Shown in pieces: positions 10,349 through 19,952 of a DNA stretch of 47,493 nucleotides. A program made the translations under genes and the position numbers. Within the stretch, counting starts at the first letter, position 1; the number at the start of each line of letters is the position of its first letter. Under the pieces are notes generated by a model. It was given only the letters and a program-made list of their open reading frames with translations. It had not been told where the DNA came from and did not search any database. The DNA is taken from NCBI GenBank assembly GCA_963976765.1, contig CAXBME010000011.1, positions 186,001-233,493 of the forward strand, given 5' to 3'. This DNA is from an uncultured Planctomycetaceae bacterium (GTDB taxonomy: Bacteria; Planctomycetota; Planctomycetia; Planctomycetales; Planctomycetaceae).

Positions 10349-13300
10349 CTATCGGAACGAAGTGCTGGACGACAATCGCCCGTTTATTAACACCGACTTT
10401 GGCGGTGACGCTACTTCGTTCCAGTCGAGAATCCGCAACGAGCCAGACTTCTCCGGATACTCGAAGGCACCGATCTCGTACGCGTTGAACATGGGTCGTG
10501 AAAGTCCCTGAATATCCACAGAGGTCAATTTACCTGGTGACGTCCCGGCATTGATCGCCGGTGAACCTGCAGCCAGTCGATAGTCGCCTTTCGCATGGTC
10601 GACAAATCTCGGAGGCTTGAGCACGTCACCTGCCCCAGGTTCGATATTGATGTACTTGCGCTGCTGGCCGAACAGCAGATTGTGACCAACGTCGACATTT
10701 CCGCCGCCCCGGTAGATTCCGTAGGCGCTGGCATTCTTCGCTTTCCTGTCACCGTTAGCGATGATGTTGTTTCGAATGCTGCCTTTGCCGCCAAGATGCC
10801 AGACGCCATAGCGGTTGTCGACAATCGAGTTGTTCCAGATCTCAGCCGTACCCTTTCCAGAAACGTCAACGGCAACCCCATACGACTGGTTACGGGCAGT
10901 CACGTTGTTAACGATTTCAGCATTGTTGACCCGATAGGCGAAGATGCCCGCAGAATTACCAGTCACTTGATTTCGGCGAGCAACGATGCTCGATGCGCCA
11001 GGATTCTGATGGCCATAAGCCATCAAACCATAGCTGCCACTGTCTTCGATTGTTGAATCCGAGACATCGACCGAACCATCATAGTGCAGGACACCGTAAC
11101 CTCGATTTCGTGCGATCGTTGTCTTTGTCAAAGTGCTCCCGGCTCGCCACGAGTAGATCCCGTGACTGCGATTGTCAGCGATCGTCGTCCCGGACACATT
11201 CAGACGACCATCACCCAGCATCGTCGCGTTCACTCCGCCGCCGCATTTCACAACCTTTGAATCCGTCAGCGTCACCTTCTGATTCTCTGCTTGTGAATTG
11301 CTGACGACGACTCCCCAACTGGAAGCCCCCGAAATGGTCGTGCCCTCGATCAAACATTCTGGACTGTGGAATTGATAAATTCCGTAGCGACCTCCGCTAA
11401 TCAGCGAGTCGCGACATTCCAGGTTGCCGTAATACTGAAGAATTCCGTAGCCGTTATCGTTGAGCTTAAACCCGGACATCTTCACGTCCGTCCGATTGGC
11501 ATAGATACCGATTCCGTTGTCTGTAATCTCAATTCCGGAATCAGCATTCAGGTCAATACGTTGCCCCGACAGATACAGGCCTGTTCCTCGGTTCCTCAGA
11601 ATCTTCAACGTCGATTCTGGCAGCACTTCGAACGAGGCATCCTTCACGTAAAGGCCATATCCGGAATTGTCCTGGATCGAGACGTTTGCAAGTGGAATCG
11701 GACGCTTGTCTCCCTGCCCATCAATGTAGACGCCGTGGCCGCATGAGGACACGATCGAATCGGAAACCGAAAACTTCTGACCGTAGCCGTAGACCCCCCA
11801 ACTCCGAGCCCCCGAGCACTTCAGATTCTTCCCGGAAAACTCAAGCATCCGATAAGCCAGCAAGCCGTAGGTGCCAGCTTTTTGAATCGTTACTCCGTCG
11901 ACGTCGCACACTCCGCCGTTCACGTAGAGTGGAATATTTGATGAAGACAACGTCATACCACTAATCTTAGACGTGCAGTTCGCGAGATAGATCCCGTATC
12001 CACAATTGTCGACGCGGATGTTCGATTTCTTCGAAAGCGTGATAGAACTCGATGCCACGTGCAGCCCGGTTCCCGAACACTTACTGAAAGTCAGGTCATT
12101 GAGCGTTGGGCTTTTCTTTCCGGTCGTTTCCTGAATGTAGAGCCCCTGTTGTGAACCCGAGAACTCCGACTTTTCAACCAACAGATTCTGCCCATGCGCA
12201 TACAGACCCCAGCTTCCCGTCGTACCGAACTGACTGTTCGTCACGCTTAGTTGATCCATCGACGAGCTGTAGACTCCCAGACTCTTTGATGTGCGTATCA
12301 CAAGTCCATCGACCGCTGCCGTGCCTTGATAAAGATTCAACGGTCTCTGTGAACCGGACAGATCCAGTCCCTGCAGCGTCGACCTGCAACTATTCAGCGT
12401 TATCGCATAGGCGCAGTCCGAAAACGTCAAATGACTGTCTTGAGATACAACGACTGGCGAATTATCACACCGCAGACCGTACGAGCACCCAGAAAAGTTC
12501 AGACCACGCAGCGTTGGTGCATCCGTCTGATTGAGTTCCCGAACATACAGTCCGTGCTTCGTACCATCGAATGTTGAATCGATAATCGACAATTTCTCGC
12601 CGTGTGCATGGACTGCCCAGCTTTCCGTCGCTTTGAAACGGCAGTTTCCCAACTCAAGCTGCGTCATATTAGCAGTGTAGATGCCGTAACTTTTTGAATT
12701 CGATACATCGATTCGCGAAATTCGAGCTTCTCCACCATAAACAGAAACCGCACGCGTATCGCCACGAGAAATAATCCCGGACATCTCCGATCGACAATTA
12801 TTCAACACCACACCGTAAGTGCAGGACGATGTGGTAATTGCTGATTCGAGAGCAGGCACGATCACAGAGTTCTGGCAGTACAGCCCCTGGACACACTCAT
12901 TGAAGGCCAGTTGGTTCATGTCGATCGTTGACTTGTTATCAACACCGCGGACATACAGGCCGTTCTTTGATTTGTCGAACGAACAGTTGCGAATCAGTAC
13001 GTCGTGAGAATGCAGGACGGCTGCGTATGAGGCCGCGTCGCTGAACCGGCAATTCAGCAGAGCACCATTCGCAAGATTTGAACCATAAGCTCCATATACG
13101 TTACCAACAAAATCACAATTACTGGCAATCAGTCTTCCCGAGTAGACCAGCCCTCCGTAGTAAACGTTCTGAAACCGACAGTTCACCACGGTCACCGACG
13201 CTGATACCCCGTTGGCATAAACGCCGTAATACCGACCATCATTCAGTGACGGCCCGAAGATCAGCCCTTCGAACTGCACGCTGGCATTATTGCTCACAGT

Positions 13301-13696
13301 AAATGCCCAGCGATTCAATGCGGCGACAACGACATTCCCCCGATCTCCCGTAAACCGGCCGGTCGTGTCAGCGACGATTCTCAAGGGGCGTGCCAGCAAG
13401 GCATTGGCCTGACCGGGCCCGCCTTGGCCGTCACCAAACGAATCATTCGCCAGTGCTCGAACTGCCCCTCCCGACGAATATGTTCCGGCACCGATGTAGA
13501 CCGTGTCGCCGTATGTCAGATTCTGCTGAAGCGCCCGGGCTACTGTCTTGAACGAACTATTTGCAGACGTACCGCTGTTGCGGTCGTTACCGCGAGTTCT
13601 CACGTAGTAAGTGCGTGCGGAAACTGACTTCTCAGCCACACAAACGGCGATAACTGAAAGCAGCAGGATGCAGGCATGTCGTTGAAAACGTTGCAT
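10349..13696 (-). CDS. Secreted right-handed parallel beta-helix repeat protein
   Basis: Sec signal peptide, RTYYVRTRGNDRNSG start, many YG(I/L)Y repeats and a C-terminal GDYRLAAGSPAINAG...EIGAFEY cap. Confidence 0.85.
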   Translation of the reverse strand: MQRFQRHACILLLSVIAVCVAEKSVSARTYYVRTRGNDRNSGTSANSSFKTVARALQQNLTYGDTVYIGAGTYSSGGAVRALANDSFGDGQGGPGQANALLARPLRIVADTTGRFTGDRGNVVVAALNRWAFTVSNNASVQFEGLIFGPSLNDGRYYGVYANGVSASVTVVNCRFQNVYYGGLVYSGRLIASNCDFVGNVYGAYGSNLANGALLNCRFSDAASYAAVLHSHDVLIRNCSFDKSKNGLYVRGVDNKSTIDMNQLAFNECVQGLYCQNSVIVPALESAITTSSCTYGVVLNNCRSEMSGIISRGDTRAVSVYGGEARISRIDVSNSKSYGIYTANMTQLELGNCRFKATESWAVHAHGEKLSIIDSTFDGTKHGLYVRELNQTDAPTLRGLNFSGCSYGLRCDNSPVVVSQDSHLTFSDCAYAITLNSCRSTLQGLDLSGSQRPLNLYQGTAAVDGLVIRTSKSLGVYSSSMDQLSVTNSQFGTTGSWGLYAHGQNLLVEKSEFSGSQQGLYIQETTGKKSPTLNDLTFSKCSGTGLHVASSSITLSKKSNIRVDNCGYGIYLANCTSKISGMTLSSSNIPLYVNGGVCDVDGVTIQKAGTYGLLAYRMLEFSGKNLKCSGARSWGVYGYGQKFSVSDSIVSSCGHGVYIDGQGDKRPIPLANVSIQDNSGYGLYVKDASFEVLPESTLKILRNRGTGLYLSGQRIDLNADSGIEITDNGIGIYANRTDVKMSGFKLNDNGYGILQYYGNLECRDSLISGGRYGIYQFHSPECLIEGTTISGASSWGVVVSNSQAENQKVTLTDSKVVKCGGGVNATMLGDGRLNVSGTTIADNRSHGIYSWRAGSTLTKTTIARNRGYGVLHYDGSVDVSDSTIEDSGSYGLMAYGHQNPGASSIVARRNQVTGNSAGIFAYRVNNAEIVNNVTARNQSYGVAVDVSGKGTAEIWNNSIVDNRYGVWHLGGKGSIRNNIIANGDRKAKNASAYGIYRGGGNVDVGHNLLFGQQRKYINIEPGAGDVLKPPRFVDHAKGDYRLAAGSPAINAGTSPGKLTSVDIQGLSRPMFNAYEIGAFEYPEKSGSLRILDWNEVASPPKSVLINGRLSSSTSFR

Positions 13697-13767
13697 TGAT
13701 AGTTCTTAATTAAATCTCAGCAAGACATCACCAGCTCGATACGCCGGGTCGAAACAAAGGCGAAAAC

Positions 13768-13874
13768 CAGAGCAATTTCAGAATTCGTTTTCTGTGTTCT
13801 GCTGGAGCGTCACAGGGGAATCAATAGCTGTTCCCAGTACCGATTCCAGCACAGAAACCATCAAAACTGTCTAG
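13768..13874 (+). repeat. Dispersed ~107-bp MITE-like repeat, copy 1 (most diverged)
   Basis: cagagcaatttcagaattcgttttc...tgctggag...ttccagcacagaaaccatcaaaactgtctag aligns with the copies at 32.9, 41.0 and 44.8 kb. Confidence 0.75.
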
Positions 13875-14695
13875 AACGAAGGTAGAGTTGGAAGTTCGTC
13901 GATTCCCGGAAGATGCGGTTCCAGCGAAAGCTCCCCAACCGGTAATTCCGGAGGTTTCGGGAGATCAAACTCGTCCGGCAGTTCAGCAATAGTCGCCAGC
14001 GATTCTTCCGGTAGAGAAGCCGGTACCGGAGGAAGATCGTTGATCGCACTGCCAGTCAGGGACCGACTACGACTGCCCCCACGCGGGCTGGTCAATTCTG
14101 CCAACTCGTCGGTCAAACTTCCGAAACCCTGTTCCAACGATCGGCGGGCAACAGAACTTCGTGGACTCTGCCGATCGACCGCTCTTTTCTGCGGTAAGCC
14201 GGAAAGCTGCTGGTTTACGATTGGTTGCTTGAACAGTGCGACCGTCCACCGTTCGGTCCGTTGCTGGAGCGTCACATTCGGAGCGTCGAGAGCAACGATC
14301 GTCACGCCGTTTACTGAGTCACCTTCCTTCACTGATTGAAGATGGCCACCTATCGAAAGCAGTGCTCTGGGATCGCGGTCTTTGATCTGACTGAAGCCAA
14401 TCACACGAACGTGAGCGTGATGAATTTCGGCAACTGACGCACTGTCAGGCAAAGCAACAGCCTTCTCAACCTCTGGCGGACTAAAGAACGAGGTGTTTGA
14501 CGGAAACGGAGGTCTGAACCCGCCGGATTCTGACAGGAGTAGAGAATCAACGTCAGCAGACGAGTCATCCACCAGCAGCGTCTCTGGCTCTTCTTCATCA
14601 TCCTCAGAAACAACATCAACGCCCGAACTTCCATTTCCACACCCCGGAACCAGAGCCGTCATCAATGCGGCGATGAGTATCCAATGCCACTTCAT
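13871..14695 (-). CDS. Lipoprotein, PilP/GspC-HR-like
   Basis: ATG 14695 follows GGAGGGG; lipobox LVPG|C; HR-like beta domain VRVIGFS...ALLSIGG...VKEGDSVNGVTIV; Pro-rich tail. Confidence 0.65.
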   Translation of the reverse strand: MKWHWILIAALMTALVPGCGNGSSGVDVVSEDDEEEPETLLVDDSSADVDSLLLSESGGFRPPFPSNTSFFSPPEVEKAVALPDSASVAEIHHAHVRVIGFSQIKDRDPRALLSIGGHLQSVKEGDSVNGVTIVALDAPNVTLQQRTERWTVALFKQPIVNQQLSGLPQKRAVDRQSPRSSVARRSLEQGFGSLTDELAELTSPRGGSRSRSLTGSAINDLPPVPASLPEESLATIAELPDEFDLPKPPELPVGELSLEPHLPGIDELPTLPSF

Positions 14696-15096
14696 ATCCA
14701 GCCCCTCCAGGCAACAGCGATCGAGGCAGCCAGGCAATTTCACGCACTTCGATGCGCAATCCTGACCGCACATCAACCCACACCTCTGAATCAAACTCCT
14801 ACTTCACACTTCCAATGCGTGCCAGCGATTTGGCTACCCTGCAGGGCCCACACTCACGATCTCAGGCATTCACCTCAGCCTTTTCCTTTTGATTTCCGTG
14901 TCTGCGTTTCCACGCCGCAGCAGACGTTGCCAAATTGCTACCGCGTTGACATTTCGCTTGCCCGGCTAATTTTCACGATCCAGGTTCATGTCGTTACGGG
15001 AAATCCTTCGTCGATCAACAAGCAGTAAAGCATCGTGAGGGAACAGCGTCGGCAAATTCATTCGCGACGCCCCGGATAAACAAGTGAGGACTCATC

Positions 15097-15576
15097 ATGG
15101 CTGAATCTCGGCATCGACTATTACTGGTCGAGAGCGATCCGCTGCTGGCAGAAGTGACTTCCTATCGACTGCAGCTTCTCGGATACCAGGTCGTCGTTGC
15201 GGAAACGACGGCAGAGCTGTGGACTGGCGTGGATAAACATCGTCCACATGCCGTGCTGCTGAACCTGGACATCGCCGAACTGCATCCCATGGAGCTGCTT
15301 GAACAGCTCGCCAGCGACACGGCAACTGCGGAACTGCCCATTATTGCTCTTTCAAAAAACTCCGATCTCGATCAGGTCGAACGCGTGTGGAAAAACGGAG
15401 TCAGCGACTATCTGGTAACTCCGTACGACCCGGTCATTCTGGAAAGAAAGATCGCCCGGCTCCTTGCAGAAATCCCACTGACATCCGGTACGGACGACGT
15501 TGTCGGCTCAGACACCGATGTCCTCGAAACCGAACCTGTTGCTGACAATCGTGAGCCTGAAGAAATCGGCGTCTAA
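15097..15576 (+). CDS. Stand-alone receiver (CheY-like) domain protein with a degenerate phosphorylation site
   Basis: REC pattern RLLLVESD...PHAVLLNL...LPIIALS...GVSDYLVTPY. Confidence 0.85.
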   Translation: MAESRHRLLLVESDPLLAEVTSYRLQLLGYQVVVAETTAELWTGVDKHRPHAVLLNLDIAELHPMELLEQLASDTATAELPIIALSKNSDLDQVERVWKNGVSDYLVTPYDPVILERKIARLLAEIPLTSGTDDVVGSDTDVLETEPVADNREPEEIGV

Positions 15577-15623
15577 CACTGCCCTCCGGGAAACACGACA
15601 ATGAATCTTGAGAGAACAAAAAA

Positions 15624-17297
15624 ATGGCAGGTCGACTTGGCGACATCCTGATTGAACGTGGACTCGTCAGCGAAGAACAGGTTGCCGATGCCCTCGCTTC
15701 CCGAGGCATGCTCGGCGAATCACTGTTGAACCAGGGCATCATCACCAGAAATCAACTCGGCGATGCACTGTCTCAACAGTTCGAAGTGCCGTACGAAAAC
15801 ATCGTTCCCGAAGATATCCCGGAGCAGATGGTTCGTCTGATCCCCGAAGCCTTCTCCAGACGCCGCCGGCTGGTACCGATTCGAGTCCGCCGCGGGTGGA
15901 TGCTGCTGGCGATGGAAGCTCCCGACGATATCGAGGCGATCTCTGAAGTCGAACTGATCACTGGCTACAAGGTCGACCCGGCGATATCGATGCGAGAAGA
16001 CATCATGTCGGTGATCGATCGCAGTTTCGACGAGCGATTGACCGCTTGCCAGACAGCCGTCGACATCCGACTCCAGGAACTGGAAGCCGCGCGAGATGCC
16101 GGAGTTCTGGAAGTTTCTGTCACGCAGGCCGACGAAGAAGCGCCAGTGGTCCGAATGGTACGCTCAATCCTGATGGGTGCCGTCAACGCTGGTGCCAGCG
16201 ACATCCATCTCGAACCACATAGCCCGCAGATGCGAATTCGCTATCGCATCGACGGCGAACTTCAACAGGTTATGACGATCCCGAATGACAGTGAAGAAGC
16301 CGTCGTTGGTCGAATCAAAGTCATGGCCGACATGGATACGACTGAGAAACGACGACCGCAGGACGGCAATCTGACTATTGAAGACGCGGGCCAGCGTGCA
16401 AGCTTTCGTGTGAGCTGTATCCCGACGGTCGACGGCGAGAAAGTTGTCATGCGGGTACTTGATGAAAACAACAAGGCATACGGCTTTGAATCACTCGGAA
16501 TGCCACAAAAAGAAATTGAAATCTGTAGGGACCTGATCCAGAAGCCGCATGGAATGATCGTCGTTACCGGGCCAACTGGTTCCGGAAAAACAACGACGAT
16601 GTACACAATGCTGACAAGTATCGACTCGAACGAGAAGAACGTTTCCACAATCGAAGACCCGGTCGAATTTCGTCTGCCAGGTATTAACCAGGTGCAGGCC
16701 GACAACGATCACGGCATGGGCTTTGCCAATGGCCTGAAGTATTTGATGCGGCAGGACCCAGACGTCATCCTGGTCGGAGAAATTCGTGACCACGAGACCG
16801 CTATGGCCGCCGTGCAGGCAGCGCTGACCGGCCATCTCCTCATCAGCACGCTGCACACAAACGATGCCATTGGATCGGTATCGAGACTCAACGACCTCGG
16901 GCTTGACTATTTCAAAATCGCCGGAGCATTGCTTTCCGCAATGGCGCAACGGCTGCTTCGAAAAATCTGCACGAATTGTCGAGAAGAATCTGTCCCGAAT
17001 CCAAAATTGCTTGATTACCTGCTGGAAGGAAAACCACTCCCTGACGGTGCTCAGTTCTACAAGGGAGCTGGCTGCCGAAAGTGCCTCGGGACCGGCTACG
17101 CGGGACGATTGCCTATCTATGAAATCCTGCAGGTTTGTCCGGAACTGGAACGAGGTATCGAAGCTGGCCTACCCACTTCAAAACTTCGTGAGCTTGCCAT
17201 CCGAGAAGGCATGACCCCTCTGGCCGCTGCTGGCATGAAGGCCGCCCTCGAAGGCCAAACGACTGTCGAGGAAGTCTACTTCAAGCTCTCAGGATAA
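15624..17297 (+). CDS. GspE/PilB-family extension ATPase with an N-terminal MshEN-like domain
   Basis: Motifs RLGDILIERGLV, ASDIHLEP, GPTGSGKTTT, TIEDPVE, RQDPDVILVGEIRD, STLHTND and CxxC...CxxC. Confidence 0.93.
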   Translation: MAGRLGDILIERGLVSEEQVADALASRGMLGESLLNQGIITRNQLGDALSQQFEVPYENIVPEDIPEQMVRLIPEAFSRRRRLVPIRVRRGWMLLAMEAPDDIEAISEVELITGYKVDPAISMREDIMSVIDRSFDERLTACQTAVDIRLQELEAARDAGVLEVSVTQADEEAPVVRMVRSILMGAVNAGASDIHLEPHSPQMRIRYRIDGELQQVMTIPNDSEEAVVGRIKVMADMDTTEKRRPQDGNLTIEDAGQRASFRVSCIPTVDGEKVVMRVLDENNKAYGFESLGMPQKEIEICRDLIQKPHGMIVVTGPTGSGKTTTMYTMLTSIDSNEKNVSTIEDPVEFRLPGINQVQADNDHGMGFANGLKYLMRQDPDVILVGEIRDHETAMAAVQAALTGHLLISTLHTNDAIGSVSRLNDLGLDYFKIAGALLSAMAQRLLRKICTNCREESVPNPKLLDYLLEGKPLPDGAQFYKGAGCRKCLGTGYAGRLPIYEILQVCPELERGIEAGLPTSKLRELAIREGMTPLAAAGMKAALEGQTTVEEVYFKLSG

Positions 17298-17359
17298 AAG
17301 TATCCACTTCAATACTGTCGCGCCGACATTCGTGCGGGAATCCGAAACGGAAATAACAA

Positions 17360-18499
17360 ATGGCATCTACAGTCGCCGTTAAGAAAAACGAAAAGCAGGG
17401 TCTGGAAGGATTCCTCAAAAAGTTGTCCGACATTCAGATCGGCGGTTCACCTGGACTGAAAATCCGTAAGAAAGACATGGTCTACATCTTCCGGAACCTG
17501 TCCACTCTGCTCGGCAACGGACTTTCACTCAACAGAGCACTGGCAACGCTGCAGGAAGAAAAGTCGCTTAAGAAATATCAGGGGCTGTTCAAGACAATGG
17601 AACAGTGTGTCAACCAGGGTTCAACACTCAGTTCGGCGCTGAAGCAGTTTCCTGATGCGTTCGACGAACTGATGGTTCATCAAATCGCAATCGCCGAACG
17701 CACCGGCTCTCTGGTGGAAACAATTGGTCGGATCACTGATCAACTTGAAAATGGCGCCAACATCCGCGCGTTAATTATCAAAAAGCTGACATACCCCTGC
17801 ATGCTGTCCGTCGCCGGGGTCGGCTCAATGACCTTTATGCTGCTTTACGTTGTCCCAACATTTGAAAAAATGTACGCCGATGCGAAGGCCGAACTACCAG
17901 CAATCACACAGTTTTTGATTGTCGTTGGTCGCATCCTGACGGACTACCTGGCCATCGTCTCCGGATGTCTTGCCGCCACAGTCGCGATCTCTATCGCAGT
18001 CTGGCGGAACGCCAACGGCAGAATGCGAGTTGAAAAACTTCTTTTCAAAATACCTCTACTGGAATCATGGCTGCGAAGCATTGCTGTCCTGCAATTTACC
18101 GAAGTGCTCGGAAATCTAATGGACTCCGGATTTACTCTCGCCGAAGCACTTCCTCACACCAGCAAAGCAATTACCAACAGCGTCGTCCGGCGAAGTGTGG
18201 AAGACCTCCATAAAGCAATTGTCCGAGGCGAACGATTCAGCCGAGAGTTGCTCAAGCGGTCACACATTTTTCCACCAGTCGTCACACAGCTTGTCATTAT
18301 CGGCGAACGAACCGGAACTCTTCCCAAAGCAACTCAACAGATCCGACTTCATCTTCGCAAGGAAGTCGAGCGGTACACCAATCTGCTCACCGGGGCGATT
18401 GAGCCTGTCATGACCATCGGTCTCGCGTCGGCCATTGGCGGAATTCTACTTGCAGTTTACCTGCCGATGTTTGACATGATTGGTGCCATGAATCACTAA
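17360..18499 (+). CDS. GspF/PilC-family inner-membrane platform protein
   Basis: Motifs LSTLLGNGLSL, AERTGSL, LTYP, GERTGTL, IEP and YLPMFDM; three transmembrane segments. Confidence 0.93.
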   Translation: MASTVAVKKNEKQGLEGFLKKLSDIQIGGSPGLKIRKKDMVYIFRNLSTLLGNGLSLNRALATLQEEKSLKKYQGLFKTMEQCVNQGSTLSSALKQFPDAFDELMVHQIAIAERTGSLVETIGRITDQLENGANIRALIIKKLTYPCMLSVAGVGSMTFMLLYVVPTFEKMYADAKAELPAITQFLIVVGRILTDYLAIVSGCLAATVAISIAVWRNANGRMRVEKLLFKIPLLESWLRSIAVLQFTEVLGNLMDSGFTLAEALPHTSKAITNSVVRRSVEDLHKAIVRGERFSRELLKRSHIFPPVVTQLVIIGERTGTLPKATQQIRLHLRKEVERYTNLLTGAIEPVMTIGLASAIGGILLAVYLPMFDMIGAMNH

Positions 18500-18542
18500 C
18501 TCGACCGAGCCACGTTGGCCGAACTCCAAGGGAGTAACAATC

Positions 18543-18893
18543 ATGAAACCCCGGACCTCACCCCACCAATCCAACAGATCGGGGTTCTCTCTTCTTGAGG
18601 TTCTTGCCGTCGTGTCCCTGATGGGCATCGTGGCAGCGATCGTCATCCCTCGGCTCAGTTCACACTCGCAGGATGTGAGGATCAACGCCTGTCACATACA
18701 TCGTGGAAACATCGAAGTTCAGGCTGAGTTGTGGTTTCGTAACCGTGGCAGATGGCCAGCCAGTAACCTAAGCGATATTGGAACCACAGACCGGTACTTT
18801 CCCGACGGTCTACCATCCTGCCCGGTTGACAACTCGCAATACACCATCACCCAATCGACTGGTCGAGTCGTTGGGCACAATCATAGCCGGTGA
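18543..18893 (+). CDS. Short type IV pilin-like protein
   Basis: RSG|FSLLEVLAVV with a Cys pair (NACH...CPVD); paralogous to 9946-10317. Confidence 0.88.
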   Translation: MKPRTSPHQSNRSGFSLLEVLAVVSLMGIVAAIVIPRLSSHSQDVRINACHIHRGNIEVQAELWFRNRGRWPASNLSDIGTTDRYFPDGLPSCPVDNSQYTITQSTGRVVGHNHSR

Positions 18894-19115
18894 ACAACAG
18901 GCGGCGGCCTGAACGTGAGTAAAACACCTCACAACATGAGTCATAAAGTAGGCGGCACCTCGCCAGAACGGAGGTAGGTTACAGGCAACTTCACAGTAAA
19001 AGCTGCTGCGTACTTAATGACTCAGGGCGAGTCATATTACACTAGTGAGTGATTTTCACTTGAATCTCACTCAATATCCAACAGCCCGGGCGGGCACACA
19101 CAGGGGGAGAAAATT

Positions 19116-19448
19116 ATGGTTACCTATCGTCACCGCACTTCAAGCAAGCGTCGTGCAGGATTTTCGCTACTCGAACTCCTGGCTGTCGTCACGATTCTCG
19201 GCATCATTGCCGTTGTCGTGATTCCTCGCGTTTCAGTTTCAGCCGAAGCAGCCAAGACGAACGCTCACATGCAGAATGTTGCTGAAATCAACGGTGCCGT
19301 TGAACGCTGGTACTTTGAAAAGGGGAAGTACCCGAAAGCAAATCTCAGCGACATTGGAGCGGATGCCAACTACTTCCCGGACGGCATTCCTAAGAATCCA
19401 CTGAACGATAAACCATACAAACTCAATTCGAAGAATCGAGTGCAGTAA
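19116..19448 (+). CDS. Short type IV pilin, candidate major pilin
   Basis: RAG|FSLLELLAVVTILGIIAVVVIP, a strong RBS (GGGGGAG) and a long upstream intergenic region. Confidence 0.88.
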   Translation: MVTYRHRTSSKRRAGFSLLELLAVVTILGIIAVVVIPRVSVSAEAAKTNAHMQNVAEINGAVERWYFEKGKYPKANLSDIGADANYFPDGIPKNPLNDKPYKLNSKNRVQ

Positions 19449-19463
19449 GGCGATCGAGAAGCA

Positions 19464-19952
19464 ATGATGGACTTACAACCAGGCCATCTCAGAACCAATC
19501 GACGACGGGGAGTCACCTTACTGGAACTCCTCGTCGTCGTGACGCTTATGGGCACCTTGTCGACTGTTGTTGTCACTCGCTACGGGCGAAATATCTTTAG
19601 TGACATGGACGCCCGCAGCGAGGCTCATCAGCTTTGGCTTGATCTGCAACATGCCAGATCGATTGCTGTTCGGAACGGGACAGCAGCCTCAGTTCAGTTT
19701 TCTCAGGCGAGTGGAAAATTGACAGGCTATCGCATTGTGGAAGGCTCGGCTGACAAACAGAAGGTCGTGGGCGAACCGTCGGTTTTCAGTTCGGACATTC
19801 GAATTACAGCAACTTCACCAACCGTTCAATTTACATTCGAAGGGCACGCCGCCCGCGCCTGCCAGATAAACGTCAAAGGGCCTAACCGGTCCTGGGTGCT
19901 GAATGTCGTACCGCTCAGCGGTTCGGTCAGGATTTCGGAGAATCAGCTATGA
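19464..19952 (+). CDS. Minor pilin, GspH/FimT-like
   Basis: RRG|VTLLELLVVV, LQHARSIAV and VQFTFEG. Confidence 0.82.
   Translation: MMDLQPGHLRTNRRRGVTLLELLVVVTLMGTLSTVVVTRYGRNIFSDMDARSEAHQLWLDLQHARSIAVRNGTAASVQFSQASGKLTGYRIVEGSADKQKVVGEPSVFSSDIRITATSPTVQFTFEGHAARACQINVKGPNRSWVLNVVPLSGSVRISENQL

Noticed and set aside
14946..14972. Perfect TTGACA upstream of the receiver/pilus operon
   Set aside because: The best -10 candidate (TAATTT) lies only 15 bp away, too weak to call a promoter.
18894..19115. Possible c-di-GMP riboswitch upstream of the pilin
   Set aside because: I could not find the class I GEMM signature (GGCAAA...GAAA...GACGCAAAG) or a convincing class II pattern.
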